A stretch of 60,136 bases of DNA, counting the filler, from Sphacelaria rigidula (lineage: Eukaryota): assembly GCA_964200075.2 (NCBI GenBank). It is 10 parts of 10 records of this genome, joined end to end, with 100 filler letters (N's around TTAATTAATTAA, not from the genome) between each part and the next. Parts side by side here need not be neighbours in the genome. Positions count along the whole stretch, not along the records: positions 12,049 to 17,972 come from CAXNAA020023450.1; positions 18,073 to 23,996 come from CAXNAA020023451.1; positions 24,097 to 30,020 come from CAXNAA020023452.1; 7 more parts are not named here. One strand, given 5' to 3'. Positions 13,079 through 25,482 of the stretch are shown piece by piece. The notes under the pieces are model-generated. The model was not told the origin of the DNA. It worked only from the letters and a program-made list of their open reading frames with translations, and ran no database searches. The first letter of the stretch is position 1; each line of letters starts with the position of its first letter. Made by a program: the position numbers and the translations under genes.

Positions 13079-13414
13079 CTGTACAAAAGCAAAAAAAAAA
13101 ATGAAACAAATGAAAAATGAAAATAAAGAGAAAGAAAATCGCCTAGAGGCGTTACGATGATTGATGAATAGGCGTTTGTAAAACGTGAATAAAAGAATAT
13201 ACGAGTATATATACATATATATATATATATATTCGACGGAACGGTCGATGAACAAAGTTGCGGCGAAAACCATGGACGTGCGGAGATTGAGATTGGCGGC
13301 CGCTGCCAAGAAAAAGTGGGGATTGAAAAATCATAACCGCCGGTTGAAACGCCTGCACGAGAGCTACTGCAGCGAGTAGAATGGCGGTTCGTCCTTCTGT
13401 TCGGACCAGCTTAA

Positions 13415-13512
13415 CCCTTAGACCGCGAGATTAGTCTTTCTGGATCATGCATACTTTCTTTCACTTGAAATTGATGCCGATTCAACAGAAGACTAACCTC
13501 GCGGTCTAAGGG
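13415..13512. mobile_element. 98-bp TTAA-flanked MITE (piggyBac-type termini)
   Basis: TTAA|cccttagaccgcgagattagtctt ... aagactaacctcgcggtctaaggg|TTAA; a 98-bp second copy lies at 51537-51634. Confidence 0.85.
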
Positions 13513-13579
13513 TTAAACCACCCATAAAGCAGGCAAAGAGGCGGATGAGACGTGAAGAACAGAATAACAAACCAAAAAG

Positions 13580-13702
13580 TATGATACACTCACGCTGGAA
13601 TATGACACACGCACACTGGAATATGACACACGCACACTGGAATATGACACACGCACGCCGGAGTACACACGCAAACTGGATAATGACACGCACACTGGAG
13701 TA
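13580..13702. repeat. Intronic 21-bp minisatellite (ctggaatatgacacacgcaca); related units at ~15250-15400
   Basis: About five tandem degenerate copies. Confidence 0.85.
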
Positions 13703-13730
13703 CAGCACAAACCACACCATAGAAACTCAC

Positions 13731-13828
13731 CTGCAGTCCGCGACAGGCGAAGACAGACTCCGGCACGGCACCCAGCCCGTTGGAGGACAAATCCAGCTCT
13801 CGTATCGTCCTGGCAAGCAGCAAGCTTC
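13731..13828 (-). CDS. Leucine-rich repeat protein, second visible exon
   Basis: Acceptor cctccag, donor CAG|gtgagt, 98 nt, phase 1 to 0. Encodes (G)SLLLARTIRELDLSSNGLGAVPESVFACRGLQ. Confidence 0.85.
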
Positions 13829-14301
13829 CTGGAGGTGTCGCCGCTACAGAGAACGGCGCCAAGAACTTGTCGATTGTTCCTGGAACAATCGGGAACCCAT
13901 GTGATAACGATACGGCGTGCAAATCTTTCATTTTTCGATTTTTGGCGACATCCAAAATCAATGCGCAGTTAATTGTCAAGCTACTTTCTGGTCGCCTCGG
14001 TGTCTCATGTGGTAACTTCGAAACCTTGTAGGGATTGGGTCGTGGATTCGAATCTCGGCGAAGTCACACGACGTAGGATTTTCTCACATCACGCTCAACA
14101 GTGGAGAATGACTCTGTCGTGGGTACACAAAGTTCGTCCTCACGGTCGACAAGGAAAAGGGAATCGCCGAACCCTCCTCGCGATAAAAAAGAAGGGCAAG
14201 CGCCGCAACAAGAAAGGTGAGGTACCAAAAAAAAAAGGAAAAAAGATAAAAGGAAAGTCCTGTGCTGACCCTCCTTCTGTGTGACCCCGGCTGATGCACC
14301 C

Positions 14302-14346
<45 letters not shown>

Positions 14347-14349
14347 TAG

Positions 14350-14870
14350 ACACATCGGACAGGTCATGAGCCATCAAAAATAACTAATCCAAGAGGAATC
14401 TCAGATTCCTTCCTTGTCCAAAAACACAGAGTATGTGGGAGCAGGGTCCGAAAAGTCAGAGTGCTACCTTTCCGTTACTTCCACGGTTAGGACGAATCAT
14501 CACGACTACGAAACACCAAATCCACGATTTCTCAGACCTGATTGCCGGAAAGGGAGAAAAGAGTTATAGTAACCGCTGATCAAAGGGGTATCCACGCAAC
14601 TTTTGCGCCATTCCACGTGTCTGGGCTGCGTGTACCTGGGTTGCAACGCTGAAAACAAAGCCTAGGGATTGATTCGTACGATTCGAATCAAGTACACTAA
14701 AACCAAGTAATATCCAGACGAATCATTGATTCGTTCGACCCTTGGTTACTTCGCGTGCTCGGCTTCCAGTGCTGCAGGGAGCAAATATGGGAAAGAGCGG
14801 CCACATGAGCTCGATCGTGATCCGGATCGTTACACTTATAACAAGTAATATTAAGGTAGCTCGCGAGCTT
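14350..14870. mobile_element. MITE of the 30273-30546 family interrupted by a second dispersed repeat (~14466-14742)
   Basis: The outer parts match 30273-30546 and ~27000-27245. The inner part is the reverse complement of ~26685-26955 and of ~5858-5924 (gggtcggacaaataatgattcgtctg...). Confidence 0.65.
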
Positions 14871-15418
14871 ACTAAACTGGCGTCCAGAACAGATGGGACG
14901 ACAACACACACCACTCAAATATTCCAACCAAGTAGAGAAAATAGATAATGACCATCCTGAACCCAAGTAGATGTTGACGAAACTCAAATAGAAGCAGCAT
15001 TTGCTGAACAATCTTGAAACCCAAATTACTAGTTGTACCTTATCCTGAACACAGATACACAAATACGGCAAGATGTCGTCCCCACGCCTTTTCCCAGAAT
15101 GTCTTCGTGGAACGGACGTTCTGGGAACCTCGGGTAACCACTCATTCCCGTCCCCGTCACCGGAGTATCGTCATATTCCGAGGATGGTGTAGACCAGAGG
15201 TATACCCGTTCCCGTCACATTCTCCTGCATCCGAGCCCATGTCTACGCATTCACACTGAAGACACAGATACTGGAGTATGAACCACACTTGAATTTTTCA
15301 CAGACACTGGAATATAACCCACACTTGATTTTTCACATCGACACTGGAGTATGATATACAATGGAGCATGGCATACACTGGAGCATGACGCATACTGGAG
15401 TTTTCCACATACACTAGC

Positions 15419-15660
15419 CGCCGCGCCCCGGTGGTGTAATGGTTCGACTGTCGCCATCAGGGGGGAGATAACGAGGGTTCGATTCCCGATGCGTAGGGCC
15501 TTTTTCGTGATATATAATGTCCACCATTTGAAGCGTGAGAACGTGAGTGAAAAAAGTAGTCGACTGGGTTTGTTTGACGTGAGTTGACGCGGTGCGGGAG
15601 TGCTGATAGTCATGACCCAATCCTCGAGAACGAAATGCAAGGCGTGTGCCGGAGAGATGG
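15419..15660 (+). mobile_element. tRNA-derived SINE-like element (second copy ~32111-32395)
   Basis: gccgcgccccggtggtgtaatgg (A-box-like) ... gggttcgattccc (B-box), then a body (gaagcgtgag...gtttgtttgacg...gacgcggtgcgg...gtcatga) shared with the contig 6 copy. Confidence 0.65.
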
Positions 15661-16737
15661 GTTGATCTCTTGAGACCACGGACTCGTCCCGAGGAAGGGG
15701 AGGGGTTCAAAGTGCGACAAGAATGAAAAAACACTGAAGTATGACACAGTGGAGTATGACATATAAAACGTCGTCCAGTGGGTTATCCCCTGCAACCCAC
15801 GAATTTACGCCCCCCACGGCTCGGAGGTGGTAGCTTCAATTGGGCACACTGAAATAATTCAAAGGATCCAAGGACATCAAAGGGAACCCGAGTCATCGTT
15901 TCACACCCCGAATTTTCAAAAAAGAATAACTGACACCGCACTGAACACCATTAAACGTGCGGTGTTTACCACGCACTCTAAGAAGACGCAGCAAAACTAT
16001 GCGAACTACATGACCTACACTACAGTACGAGTACTCCTACGAGAATCCTGGAATAAGCGTGAAAGCGGTGGGATGTGGCAATATCAACAGGGTCTTGAAC
16101 TTCTCCCAAGTTCCCTCAACAAAATAAATGTTCATATATAAGTATATATATATATATATAAATCGATTTCTGTGTTCAACCCCTTCGGGCGTGTGTGTGC
16201 CCAAGCCGACACCCAAGTTCAACCAGTCATTTTTTCAATCAAGTAGAATGGATATAATTTTGTTTCCTTCGCATCAAACCCCGAATCCAACGGTGTTATT
16301 GACCAATCAACTGATTACTTGTCCCACACGAACTGATCCGCCTACAATTCAGCGGCTGTCACAAGATAGACGCATTCAAGACGCACATGTATATGCACCA
16401 CACCCTGAAGGATAGATTACATTGTCAAAACGTATACGGCGTACAGTATCGACTTTTGCGTCTGTTGCAATAGATAAAATTTTCACACTGTACGCAGTAT
16501 ACTTGTAACAGTGTAATCCATTGTCCACGGTGCAATATATATAAACATTCACAGACCCCCCCCCCCCCCCCCCCCCACCAACCCAATAAAAACACAGACA
16601 CGCCCACCCGGCACGCCCCNNNNNNNNNNCACCATTGGCTGTCTATATTATTATATAAAAATATTCCGTCAAAAGAGAAAAAAACACAAAAACCGCTATA
16701 ACCCCCCCCCCCCCCCCCCGAATATAGTTACCTATAC

Positions 16738-16882
16738 CTGGAACGGTTCCCAGAGCGTTCCTTCGTAAGGATAGGCGGTGTATCGCCATGTCGGCAAGGC
16801 TGGCGGGCAGAGAGCGCAGGTCGTTATTATCCGCCTCAAGGTTCTTCAGGTTCTCAAAGCGAGAGAACGCCTCCGGGAGTGT
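16738..16882 (-). CDS. Leucine-rich repeat protein, first visible exon
   Basis: Acceptor tctcttgttacaacag. Encodes TLPEAFSRFENLKNLEADNNDLRSLPASLADMAIHRLSLRRNALGTVP(G). The phase-1 donor (gtatag, or gtaact 6 nt further at 16732) is compatible with the next exon. Confidence 0.85.
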
Positions 16883-17615
16883 CTGTTGTAACAAGAGACA
16901 CAACAGGCAGAAACAGCAGGTTTTCAAGCCCTGATACGCCCAGGGAGTCAGTCCATCTGTTGAATCGGCACCATGCATACTATATACTTTGTGATTTGTT
17001 TTTGTAATATCTGTATCGCCCAACTGTTCAGACCCGTGATCAGCCTTTTGACCGCCAAAGTATGTCCATCTCTTGAACGAGGGTTTTTGTCACTTGGAAT
17101 ATAACTAAGACTCAGAGAAGCATCTGCGGGGGTTCATGAGGTTAAGGGCGGCGCGCGGGAGAGGAGTGAGGGGTTTGGGGGGGAGGGGGGGGAAGGGGGG
17201 CACAATGAATTGTGCGGTATGATTATGGAGGGGGGCAATACTCCTCGATTCCTGGAAAATGACTGAGCAAAATCAGCAAATCCACCTCTGGAGGAAGGAG
17301 GACGAGTACATTTAACGCATACCTCAAGTATTCATGTACAGTATGCACTTCACGGCCTCGTTGGGTATACACATATACCTATATATATATATATATATTG
17401 TAGAAGTGGGCCGAACTTTTTTTCCGCGTACCGTATACAAGCTGCAAAAGGCCACACATACACTATACACTTGAACTTACCGGGTAGAAAATAAAAAAAA
17501 GGATGTCATGTCTCGCCATACGCAGGTAGGTAGGTACTATTGTAGCTGCCGAAGGGATATATATATATATATATATATCTTCAGCAGAAGAGAGGAGGAA
17601 GAGATGGCTGGTTAA

Positions 17616-17733
17616 CCTTTGTGGAACCCATTAAAGGTTTTTGTTTTTTATGAACCGACATCATTTTCAGCCATTTTCAAGTCAAAATGATGCCGATTCA
17701 CAAAAACAAAATCGTCGATGGGTTTCCGAAGGG
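17616..17733. mobile_element. TTAA-flanked MITE, second family (related copy ~45530-45645)
   Basis: TTAA|cctttgtggaacccat ... atgggtttccgaaggg|TTAA, with internal inverted tttttgttttt/aaaaacaaaa arms. Confidence 0.7.
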
Positions 17734-18072
17734 TTAACATGTACACAGCATTCAACCAATAAACGTGCAGACAAACACACGGTACAAAATTCCGAAAGGC
17801 AATAAAAATACATACATAACATATGGAAGAAAATATATATATACATATATATATACATCGTGAGCAATGCTACGGTAGGGGTGCACTTTTTTTCGCGAAA
17901 TCTCGTCTAGTTCACGGGCTCCTAACGATTCTAGATGCACAAGATTTTGGGTCAGGGCATCCCCGTTTGCAANNNNNNNNNNNNNNNNNNNNNNNNNNNN
18001 NNNNNNNNNNNNNNNNTTAATTAATTAANNNNNNNNNNNNNNNNNNNNNNNNNNNNNNNNNNNNNNNNNNNN

Positions 18073-21000
18073 CACCTCTGGTCCGGCTGCTGTAGTGATC
18101 AGCTCCGTCATCTCGCACTTGTCCTCTGCCATTCCATACAGCACAGTCTCCGCTTGAGCTCTCGCCTGATCCCTCGCCAGCGCGCTGGGAAAAAAATCGT
18201 TTCTTTCCCGCGCCATCATTCTCTCCAGTTCGTCCTCTGCCGCCGATGCTAGCTCGTTTTGGTCGGCTGCCGCTCTCGTCGTACTGCGCGTGCGACCTGC
18301 CATTTGTGGAAGCAGAGACAATTCATCGTCGAGTGCAAGACGGCGTAGCTCCGTCCTTGGGATTTCGGGAGCACCGCCCCCCCCGTCGTTGCGCTCGGGG
18401 GTATCTACGGTTGTCGGCGTTGTTGCTATCGGCGTTGGCGGCGGCGATGTGGGGGGCGCTGATCCTCCGTCATCAATGAGATGTCGGACAGGGTTGCGTA
18501 AAATCCCGCGCCCCCCCCCGCTTCTGCAAGGAAGCGGCGAGGTCATCTCACCCCCCCTCCCAGTAGCGGGCGTCTGTTGTGCCGCTTCTGCGTCTATCTC
18601 TGGGTTGGGGAGCAAGAACGACACGTGCCGTGAACCGTGGGGTGAAGCACGCGTCGCCGGAGTTTGCCGTTCCGCGGACTCGCTGCCGGCCGTCCCTCCC
18701 TCGATCTTGTCATCCCTCACTCCGTCGGGCGTCGGGATCGCTTGCTGTGGGGCAGGGAGAGGAGTAGGGGGGGCATACGCCCATGTTACGTGCCTGGTCG
18801 TAAAAGTTTGCCCTGTTTCCGTCATCACTCTCATAGCATCGCGCGGGTATCCTGGGGCTGGGCTAAGGTACCAGCACCTCTGAGTTTTTCGTTTTAACTT
18901 GTCTATTCTCTGAACTCTATAAAATCCTGGCTTTAGAAAAGGAAGAAGGTTGTTTTCCGGTGGTACTCCGTGCCACATTTCGTGTCGCGCCTTGTTTCCC
19001 GGGTTAGCCGAGGTCGCAGTACAGTTCAAAGCATGGCATGCCCAGTTAGCCTTTTCCGCCCACAGATTCTTGCTAGTTGGGATGTTCTGGTTCGGGTACA
19101 TCTTCGATGCCTGAATTTTGGCTGCAAGGCCGGCCGCCTTTATGATGCCAATTGCACGCTTCGCTACGCCGTTGAACTGTGGGGAGTCAGCAGTTGTCTT
19201 CTCTTGTTTCATTTTCTCTCTATCAGATAGCTCCTCGAACGCCCCCTCCGAAAATTCGCCTCCACCATCACTGCGGACCTTCGCGATTTTCGCGGGTGAA
19301 TTTCTGCGACGTATTTACTAAAGTACTGTACAGACTCGTTCTTTGTGCGCAGAAAAAACAATCTAGTGTGCCGTGAGCAATCATCGCGTAATACCCTCAT
19401 GTACGACTTTCCTCCCCGAGATCTAACTGGTATTGGGACTGTGAGATCAACAAACACTCTGGAAGCTGGCGCAACTGCTCGTGTATGGGTCGATCTTGGG
19501 ATGAGCTGCCGAAGTCCCTTTCCTTCCGAGCATCCTCGGCATGATCTCAACTCGCCGCGCAGCTCCACCCCGAATTGCTTTGCAGTTCGCCGGAGCAGGT
19601 CCTCGTGAACATGCGCGTGTTTGCAATGGAAACCATTCATGTCTCCAACCTGGGGGTTGGGAAGTTTCCCCGGGGCAATCACAGCGCATGCTGACGCATG
19701 CTTGTCATGACCATTCGGAGAGATGCGGTGGGCGTACATTAATAGTTGTCTGTGTTGAGTGGGGATCTTCAGGGTATTGCCTGACTTCAACTCAACCCGG
19801 AAGCCATCACTAGACCCAATTTAGGTGTGACCCGCGTTGGACATCCTGGTTAGTGACAACAGATGGTGACGGACACAAGGTGCGTGGTCTACATTTTTCA
19901 AATGCGAGACTATATCGCGTCCGTCAGATCGTAAAGATAGAGCTAGGTTTCCTCTTCCTACGATCGGGTAGGTACCACCGCCCGCGCACCGTGGTACCCG
20001 TCCACTGCATTTTCTATAGTCCGTCATCATACTTGAATCCGGAGCAAAATGCGAAGTGCCCCCCGTGTCAAGTACGCACGGTTCGCCCCCATCTGACTGT
20101 TCTACATCCCCCATCCCAGTTGCAAACACATACTCGCCTGTGTTGACCTCGTCCACTGTCATGTCGAGGCTGGTGAACGCTTCTGCATCAGCATCCGAAC
20201 AGACGGAGTCGTCGTCCACCACGTCTTCCGCCACGCCCATCACAATCGCCGCGTCCTCCACAGTCGCCGCGTCCTCCACAGTGCTCTGACAGTCAATCAA
20301 ACTGTGTCCTCTCTTCCCGCACCAACCACAACGCCAGTCTGGAAAGTCTCTCGCCCGATGTGTGATCATCTTCTGACAAACGTGGCACCTCCACGGCGTC
20401 GCAGCCCCTGACTGGCTCGTTGACGATGAAGCCGGCGACTGGTTGTTCTTGCCCTTTCCCCCGTCACCTGCGCGACCTGGGTTCTGGGTCTTTCCCGGCT
20501 AACCTTTTCGGTGTGAACCATTAGGTTTGCCGGGATGACCCTTGACAGCAAGGGCCTGGTCACCCGGGGAAGCCTTCTTCCCCTTGGCGAGTTCCTGCTT
20601 GGAAAGTGCCGATTCGAAACGCTTTCGAACCGACGTCACTACGACTTCCCTCGTGAGTGGAACTTCGCGCTCCTCCAACGCCTGTTTTTGGTAGTTATAC
20701 TCGCAAGGAAGCGCATTGGCAAATTTGAGGAGGGTTTGCGCCTCCGTCAGGACGATGTTGCTGTCGTGTGATTGTAACTCTCTCGCCACTTCTTCCATCT
20801 CGATTAGTTTTTGAACAGGATCATCGCAAACTCCAATTTTCACGTGATCATACTTTTCTAGAAGAGCTAATCTAGCTCCGTTGGTCTTGGGGCTGTAGAA
20901 ACCATTTAACTCACGCCACACGGCTGCTGGAGACGGAATCCGGAACAAAACATCCCGGTCCCGCTTATGTTCGAGACTTGCCACCATCTTTTGCCTCGCT

Positions 21001-21494
21001 CTCACGTTTGCAGCTACGGTGCCCTTTCCGTGCCTCGCTTCAAGATAACTTGAGGATAACGCCTTGTTTCCCACCTCCACATCGTATGCCTTATTTTCTG
21101 ACATAGCGAACACCCAATCAACTGCTTCGCTCCTAGCAAACATGATTAGTTCGTGATTGTAGTGGGTAAACCGTGAACTCTTCCCAGAGAACTGAGGTAC
21201 AGCTGCTTTGGAAACCGGGACCCCGGAAATATTTTGGACACTTGGTCGACCGTGACCGAACACTGCGACGGACTCACTTGCGGGGTCTGCATCCCTTGCT
21301 CCGCCGCTTGCTGTCCTGTGGTCGCTCCCGCTCGGAGCTCCCCGCTCGCCCTCTCGGCTATGTCTTCGGCCTTGAGGTGAGCTTTGGATGGCTGCGCTGT
21401 CAGCCCGGTGTTGCTGTGTTGCTTGATCTTCCTCGCTTTCGACGACGCCACTCAACCTCGCGCCTCCGGATTCCCGACCTTCGATGCCATCCAC
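18073..21494 (-). mobile_element. Ty1/copia LTR retrotransposon gag-protease-integrase, frameshifted and truncated at the contig edge before RT
   Basis: Gag-like ORF 20499-21494; zinc knuckle CGWCGKRGHSLIDC; protease VLDTGGTSH; HHCC HCKHAH..CRGC; integrase RVFVDL..VLRDDCSR..DSPQFNGVAKR. The protease-then-integrase order is copia-type. Confidence 0.92.
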
Positions 21495-21965
21495 CCTACC
21501 CTGTATTACAGTCTATGTAGATTGTATATCTTTCACCATCTCGGTCAGTGTGTTAAACTGACCACTGAACAGACTCATCATACTTTCAATTTGACTCGTC
21601 AGCCCGTCTAATGTCTCTTCTGAAGACGGAGCGTTACCATCGTTCCTAGCCATAGTTGCCCAATCGATTGATCACTAGTGTATTCCTTGGCTTAGGCACA
21701 GGGTAATGGTCTCAGATCTTTTATTGAAGAGCACCGAAGTTCTACTATAACTTGGGAAAGTGCTGATGAGATGGAGGTAGATAAATGAGAATGATCAATG
21801 GTGTCGGGCTGCTCTACTGCTCTCAGCCGTACTGTACCGCATTTACACACACTTGACTGTCGGTACTCGTACGTCACCCCGACCCCCGGTTCTACGTAGA
21901 TCCAGCAATACTGGGTATCTGCATCACTCGAACAGGTGTCTATGTGTCGCAGGAATCCAATGCGT

Positions 21966-22030
21966 CACAGAAATCCAATGCCGAATCTGGAATAGCCTGA
22001 GACAACAGCCAATTTGAAAATTGGAATGAC
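21966..22030 (+). repeat. Dispersed repeat cacagaaatccaatgccgaatctggaatagcctgagacaac (also ~23252-23315, ~23842-23900, ~59706-59762)
   Basis: Near-identical ~60-bp core in four places across two contigs; three copies are preceded by gaaaagttctgcttgttt repeats. Confidence 0.8.
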
Positions 22031-22099
22031 CAATGCTGCGTCGTTTTTTGTAGATCTGGGACCCACGCAGCAGATTTGAACGACACGACAGTAACGAAA

Positions 22100-22560
22100 C
22101 AACTCACGCAGAAATGGGAGCAAGAACGATTACATGGGACATCAAGGCAGACAGCTCCTGTCATCAAACGCTTGGGATAGAGCAGCTCTGTCATGGATTT
22201 ATTGGTCATTTTCCGGTCGACTAGGCTCCATGTGTCAGATTCTCTACCCATCTTCCCACAGAGCTTTTAGGATTGATCCCAGCACGTACAGCAGCCTGTC
22301 GCCGATCATACAAGAAGAAATTACGCCATCCATGGACTGCGATATCAGAGGTGTCGCTGGTCTTCGTCTAAAGTAAGCCTGGCTTGTCTGCAGCTGGTGA
22401 TGCCTCGAGCATGCGCTGCAGGTGGAGAGTTACTTTGAACCATCTTGCATGCACGATCATCATTGAACTCGGTCGGATCCTGGTGCTTACATGTCTTTTG
22501 AGATGACTACTCGGGTGCCCACGAACTGGCACCCTCCACCTCTAGATATCCACCACGTGA
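22100..22560 (+). pseudogene. Possible decayed PIF/Harbinger-like transposase N-terminus
   Basis: Fragments AFRIDPSTYSSLSPIIQEEI and, after frameshifts, AGG/SYFE resemble the FRM..TF..L...I and LAGGSY motifs. Heavily interrupted. Confidence 0.25.
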
Positions 22561-22949
22561 TTCGTGACAGCTCCGTGCTGGCTCAGTTTGTTCGCCCCAA
22601 CGTGCATGCGTCCGCCTTGCGTGTCTTCTCCAATCTCAGCACCCGACTATAGCTGAAGTACAGTACGGACGGAGACGCAACGGACAGCTGCACAGTCGTC
22701 ACGTGGTTGTTTCATCGTTTCACCTTTGTGTATAGGCAGTAGCTGGTGTACAGCACTTTGATCTCACCCCACTCCTGTGCTTACCGGAACACCGCATGCA
22801 GCACTACCACTGTCCAGGCACTGTCCAGCGCACATCACACCATGTTCGTCGTAGAGTGTTCAAATGCACAACAGCACAGCGACAACTGCAGCATAGAAAT
22901 GATGGGTGTGGGGTGTGCCTTGTTTGTTTTGACAACATATTCTGAAAAA

Positions 22950-23740
22950 AATGTTGCTGTGTTGTCGTAGTAGTATAGCAGCAGCAGCTGAACACTATTA
23001 ACTTTGCAACAAGAGAAGCTGATGCATACTGTATACAGTCCGTCTTCAGGTTCTAAACCTAAAAATACTGCAGAACTGCTGTGTTGTCTTGTGTTCAGTG
23101 TGATACTCTGTACTCCATATACCACTGCAGAATTGTCTTGTGTTCAGTCTAGCACCCTGTACTCCAGATGATGGGGTAACGTTTTGAGCAGTTCTTGAAA
23201 AGCTCTGCTTGTTTTTTTAAAAGTTATCGAAAAGTTCTGCTTGTTTTTCTGTCACAGAAATCCAATGCCGAATCTGGAATAGCCTGAGACAACAACCAGT
23301 TTGAAAATTGGAATGTCCGCAATGACGGTAAACGTGGGGTGGCACCTCGAGGGCGTGTGCTTCCGTGGTGGTACAGCAACAGCAGCTGGACACTATGAAT
23401 TTTGCAACAAGAGAAGTGGCGGCCACGATTGCTGCAGTTCGTGTTCTTGTCTTGTTATGTTCACAATGACGGTAAACGCGGGGTGGCACCTCGAGGGCGT
23501 GTGCTTCCGTAGTAGTACAGCAGCAGCTGGAAACTTTCAATTTTGCGAGAGAACCTGATGCATACTGTATACAATCCGTCTTCAGGTTCCAAAGCTGATG
23601 CATACTAGCTAATGGATACTGTATACAGTCTAAAGCTGATGCATACTAGTTAACACATACTGTATACAGTCCGTGTTCAGGTCCCAAAAGACCATGTAGG
23701 ATTGTGTTCAGTTCAGTGTAGTATCTTGTACTGCATATAA
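22950..23740. repeat. Complex degenerate tandem repeats
   Basis: gctgatgcatactgtatacagtccgtcttcaggttc occurs several times; caatgacggtaaacg(t/c)ggggtggcacctcgagggcgtgtgcttccgt is duplicated at ~23320 and ~23463. Confidence 0.8.
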
Positions 23741-25407
23741 TGGGGTCACATTTTGGGCAGTTTTTCGAAAAACCCCTACTTGTTTTTTTAAGAGTTCTGC
23801 TTTTTTTCAAGTATTCTGAAAAAAACGAGACAGATTTCCGCCACAGAAATCCAATGCCGAATCTTGAATAGCCTGAGACAACAACCACTTTGGAAATTAG
23901 AATTTGTTTTTAGTTGTTCACCTTCCTTCTGCGGTGCTTGCCTTTATTTTTTATCGCGAGAGGGGGTCAGCAGTCTCTTTCCGTCGTCGGCCGTTTNNNN
24001 NNNNNNNNNNNNNNNNNNNNNNNNNNNNNNNNNNNNNNNNTTAATTAATTAANNNNNNNNNNNNNNNNNNNNNNNNNNNNNNNNNNNNNNNNNNNNAGTA
24101 TAATGAGTTGCTTTATTCTGTGGTATCGCCACTTCCAGAGACAGACATGGCTTTTACACTGCCTCATGGATGTCTAACCAACCCCGGGGGGGGGGGAGGG
24201 GGGCAGGGGGGGTTATGCGTCGCAAAGATCCGCTATAGAAATAGGCACCAGCTGCAGGCTACCTTCATCATAGTCTTGGCACACCATTCATCCGACGTAT
24301 GCTTAACGGCACTATCGCACTGCTGCATTGCATCGCTGTTTCGTTCCTACTCATTGAGCATCGAAACGGAATACGGGCTCAACGGAACAGGATAATACCA
24401 GATCGCTTCAGGCTTTACCGAATGTGACACGGTATACCATGGGTGATACGTATTGGGGAACCCGAAAACATTCATCATCCGGGTGATGTTTCGAGGGTGG
24501 TATACAACGTTCCCTGTTGCAGTGCTGTAGGTTAAGTGCGGGTTCCCGTATAGTGTGGTGGATCGCTAGTCCGGCAACGACCGCACCATACTGGAACCCC
24601 TCACGATACCCGTATAGTGCAATTACGTGACAATAATATAGCGAACCGGGGCTTGTAACAAGTGATTCTGACCGCACTGTGCTGTGTAGAGTTATGTCAT
24701 TCAAGATCAGTCAGCGCCGTGGAACTCCTCTCATCACGGGCACGTGGAATCGAGCACCTGTAGGTATTCATATCAACCCCAGCTGTTCATTATACCGGAC
24801 CACAGCATCCCACCTCCTTCTCCCATGGAGTGAGAACCAACCTCATATTTATAATACACACATACCGTCGAGATAAAAACACTCACGGAGTGCACCGATC
24901 AGACCCACAGACCCACGATCCATCAACCAACCGTAGACACGCCTGCTGCATATCATTTGTGTATCTAACGCAGGCAACACCGGTAGCCAGAGTCTACAGG
25001 CGGGACCCCCCGGTACCCGTATGGGGTCAAAAATAACCGAAGAATGTATCACCCGGCCGTGGCATTCACCCGAGGTGCTATTCAACGTATGTGGTTTACA
25101 CGGTATCACAGGCTGGTATTGTATTAGTATCGACATGATGATGCTGTTGTCGTTGTTATACACGGGTTCAATCTACCAAGAACGATCCTACATATACATA
25201 CACGCGGCAGGTGCATCCTCAGGTTGCACAAAAAAGCGATGTAGGGAAACGGATCGCACGGAAAAAAACAAAGAAAAACAGTCCAGGCACTGCAAGAATA
25301 GATACGGTGCGACGGAGGGTGCTTTATCGCCGTGCTCGTAGTGATTAACCACACGCATGGTAGCAAAAGCAGGGCGCACGTACAGTACAGCATGGTGTGC
25401 TACATAC

Positions 25408-25482
25408 CTCTCTCATGCGCTCCAGCGCAGCTGCTGTTACCGGATCCTTGGTCTGGCTAGATAGCATCGCCGACATGAGCAC
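25408..25482 (-). CDS. NTH1: Endonuclease III-like DNA glycosylase/AP lyase, second visible exon
   Basis: Acceptor gtgtgcag after a pyrimidine tract, donor GAG|gtatgt, 75 nt. VLMSAMLSSQTKDPVTAAALERMRE contains the LSSQTKD signature of NTH1/NTHL1. Confidence 0.9.

Noticed and set aside
13580..13702. CRISPR-like short repeats (also 22950-23740 and 26520-26680)
   Set aside because: Degenerate tandem repeats without unique constant-length spacers; no cas genes; eukaryotic context.
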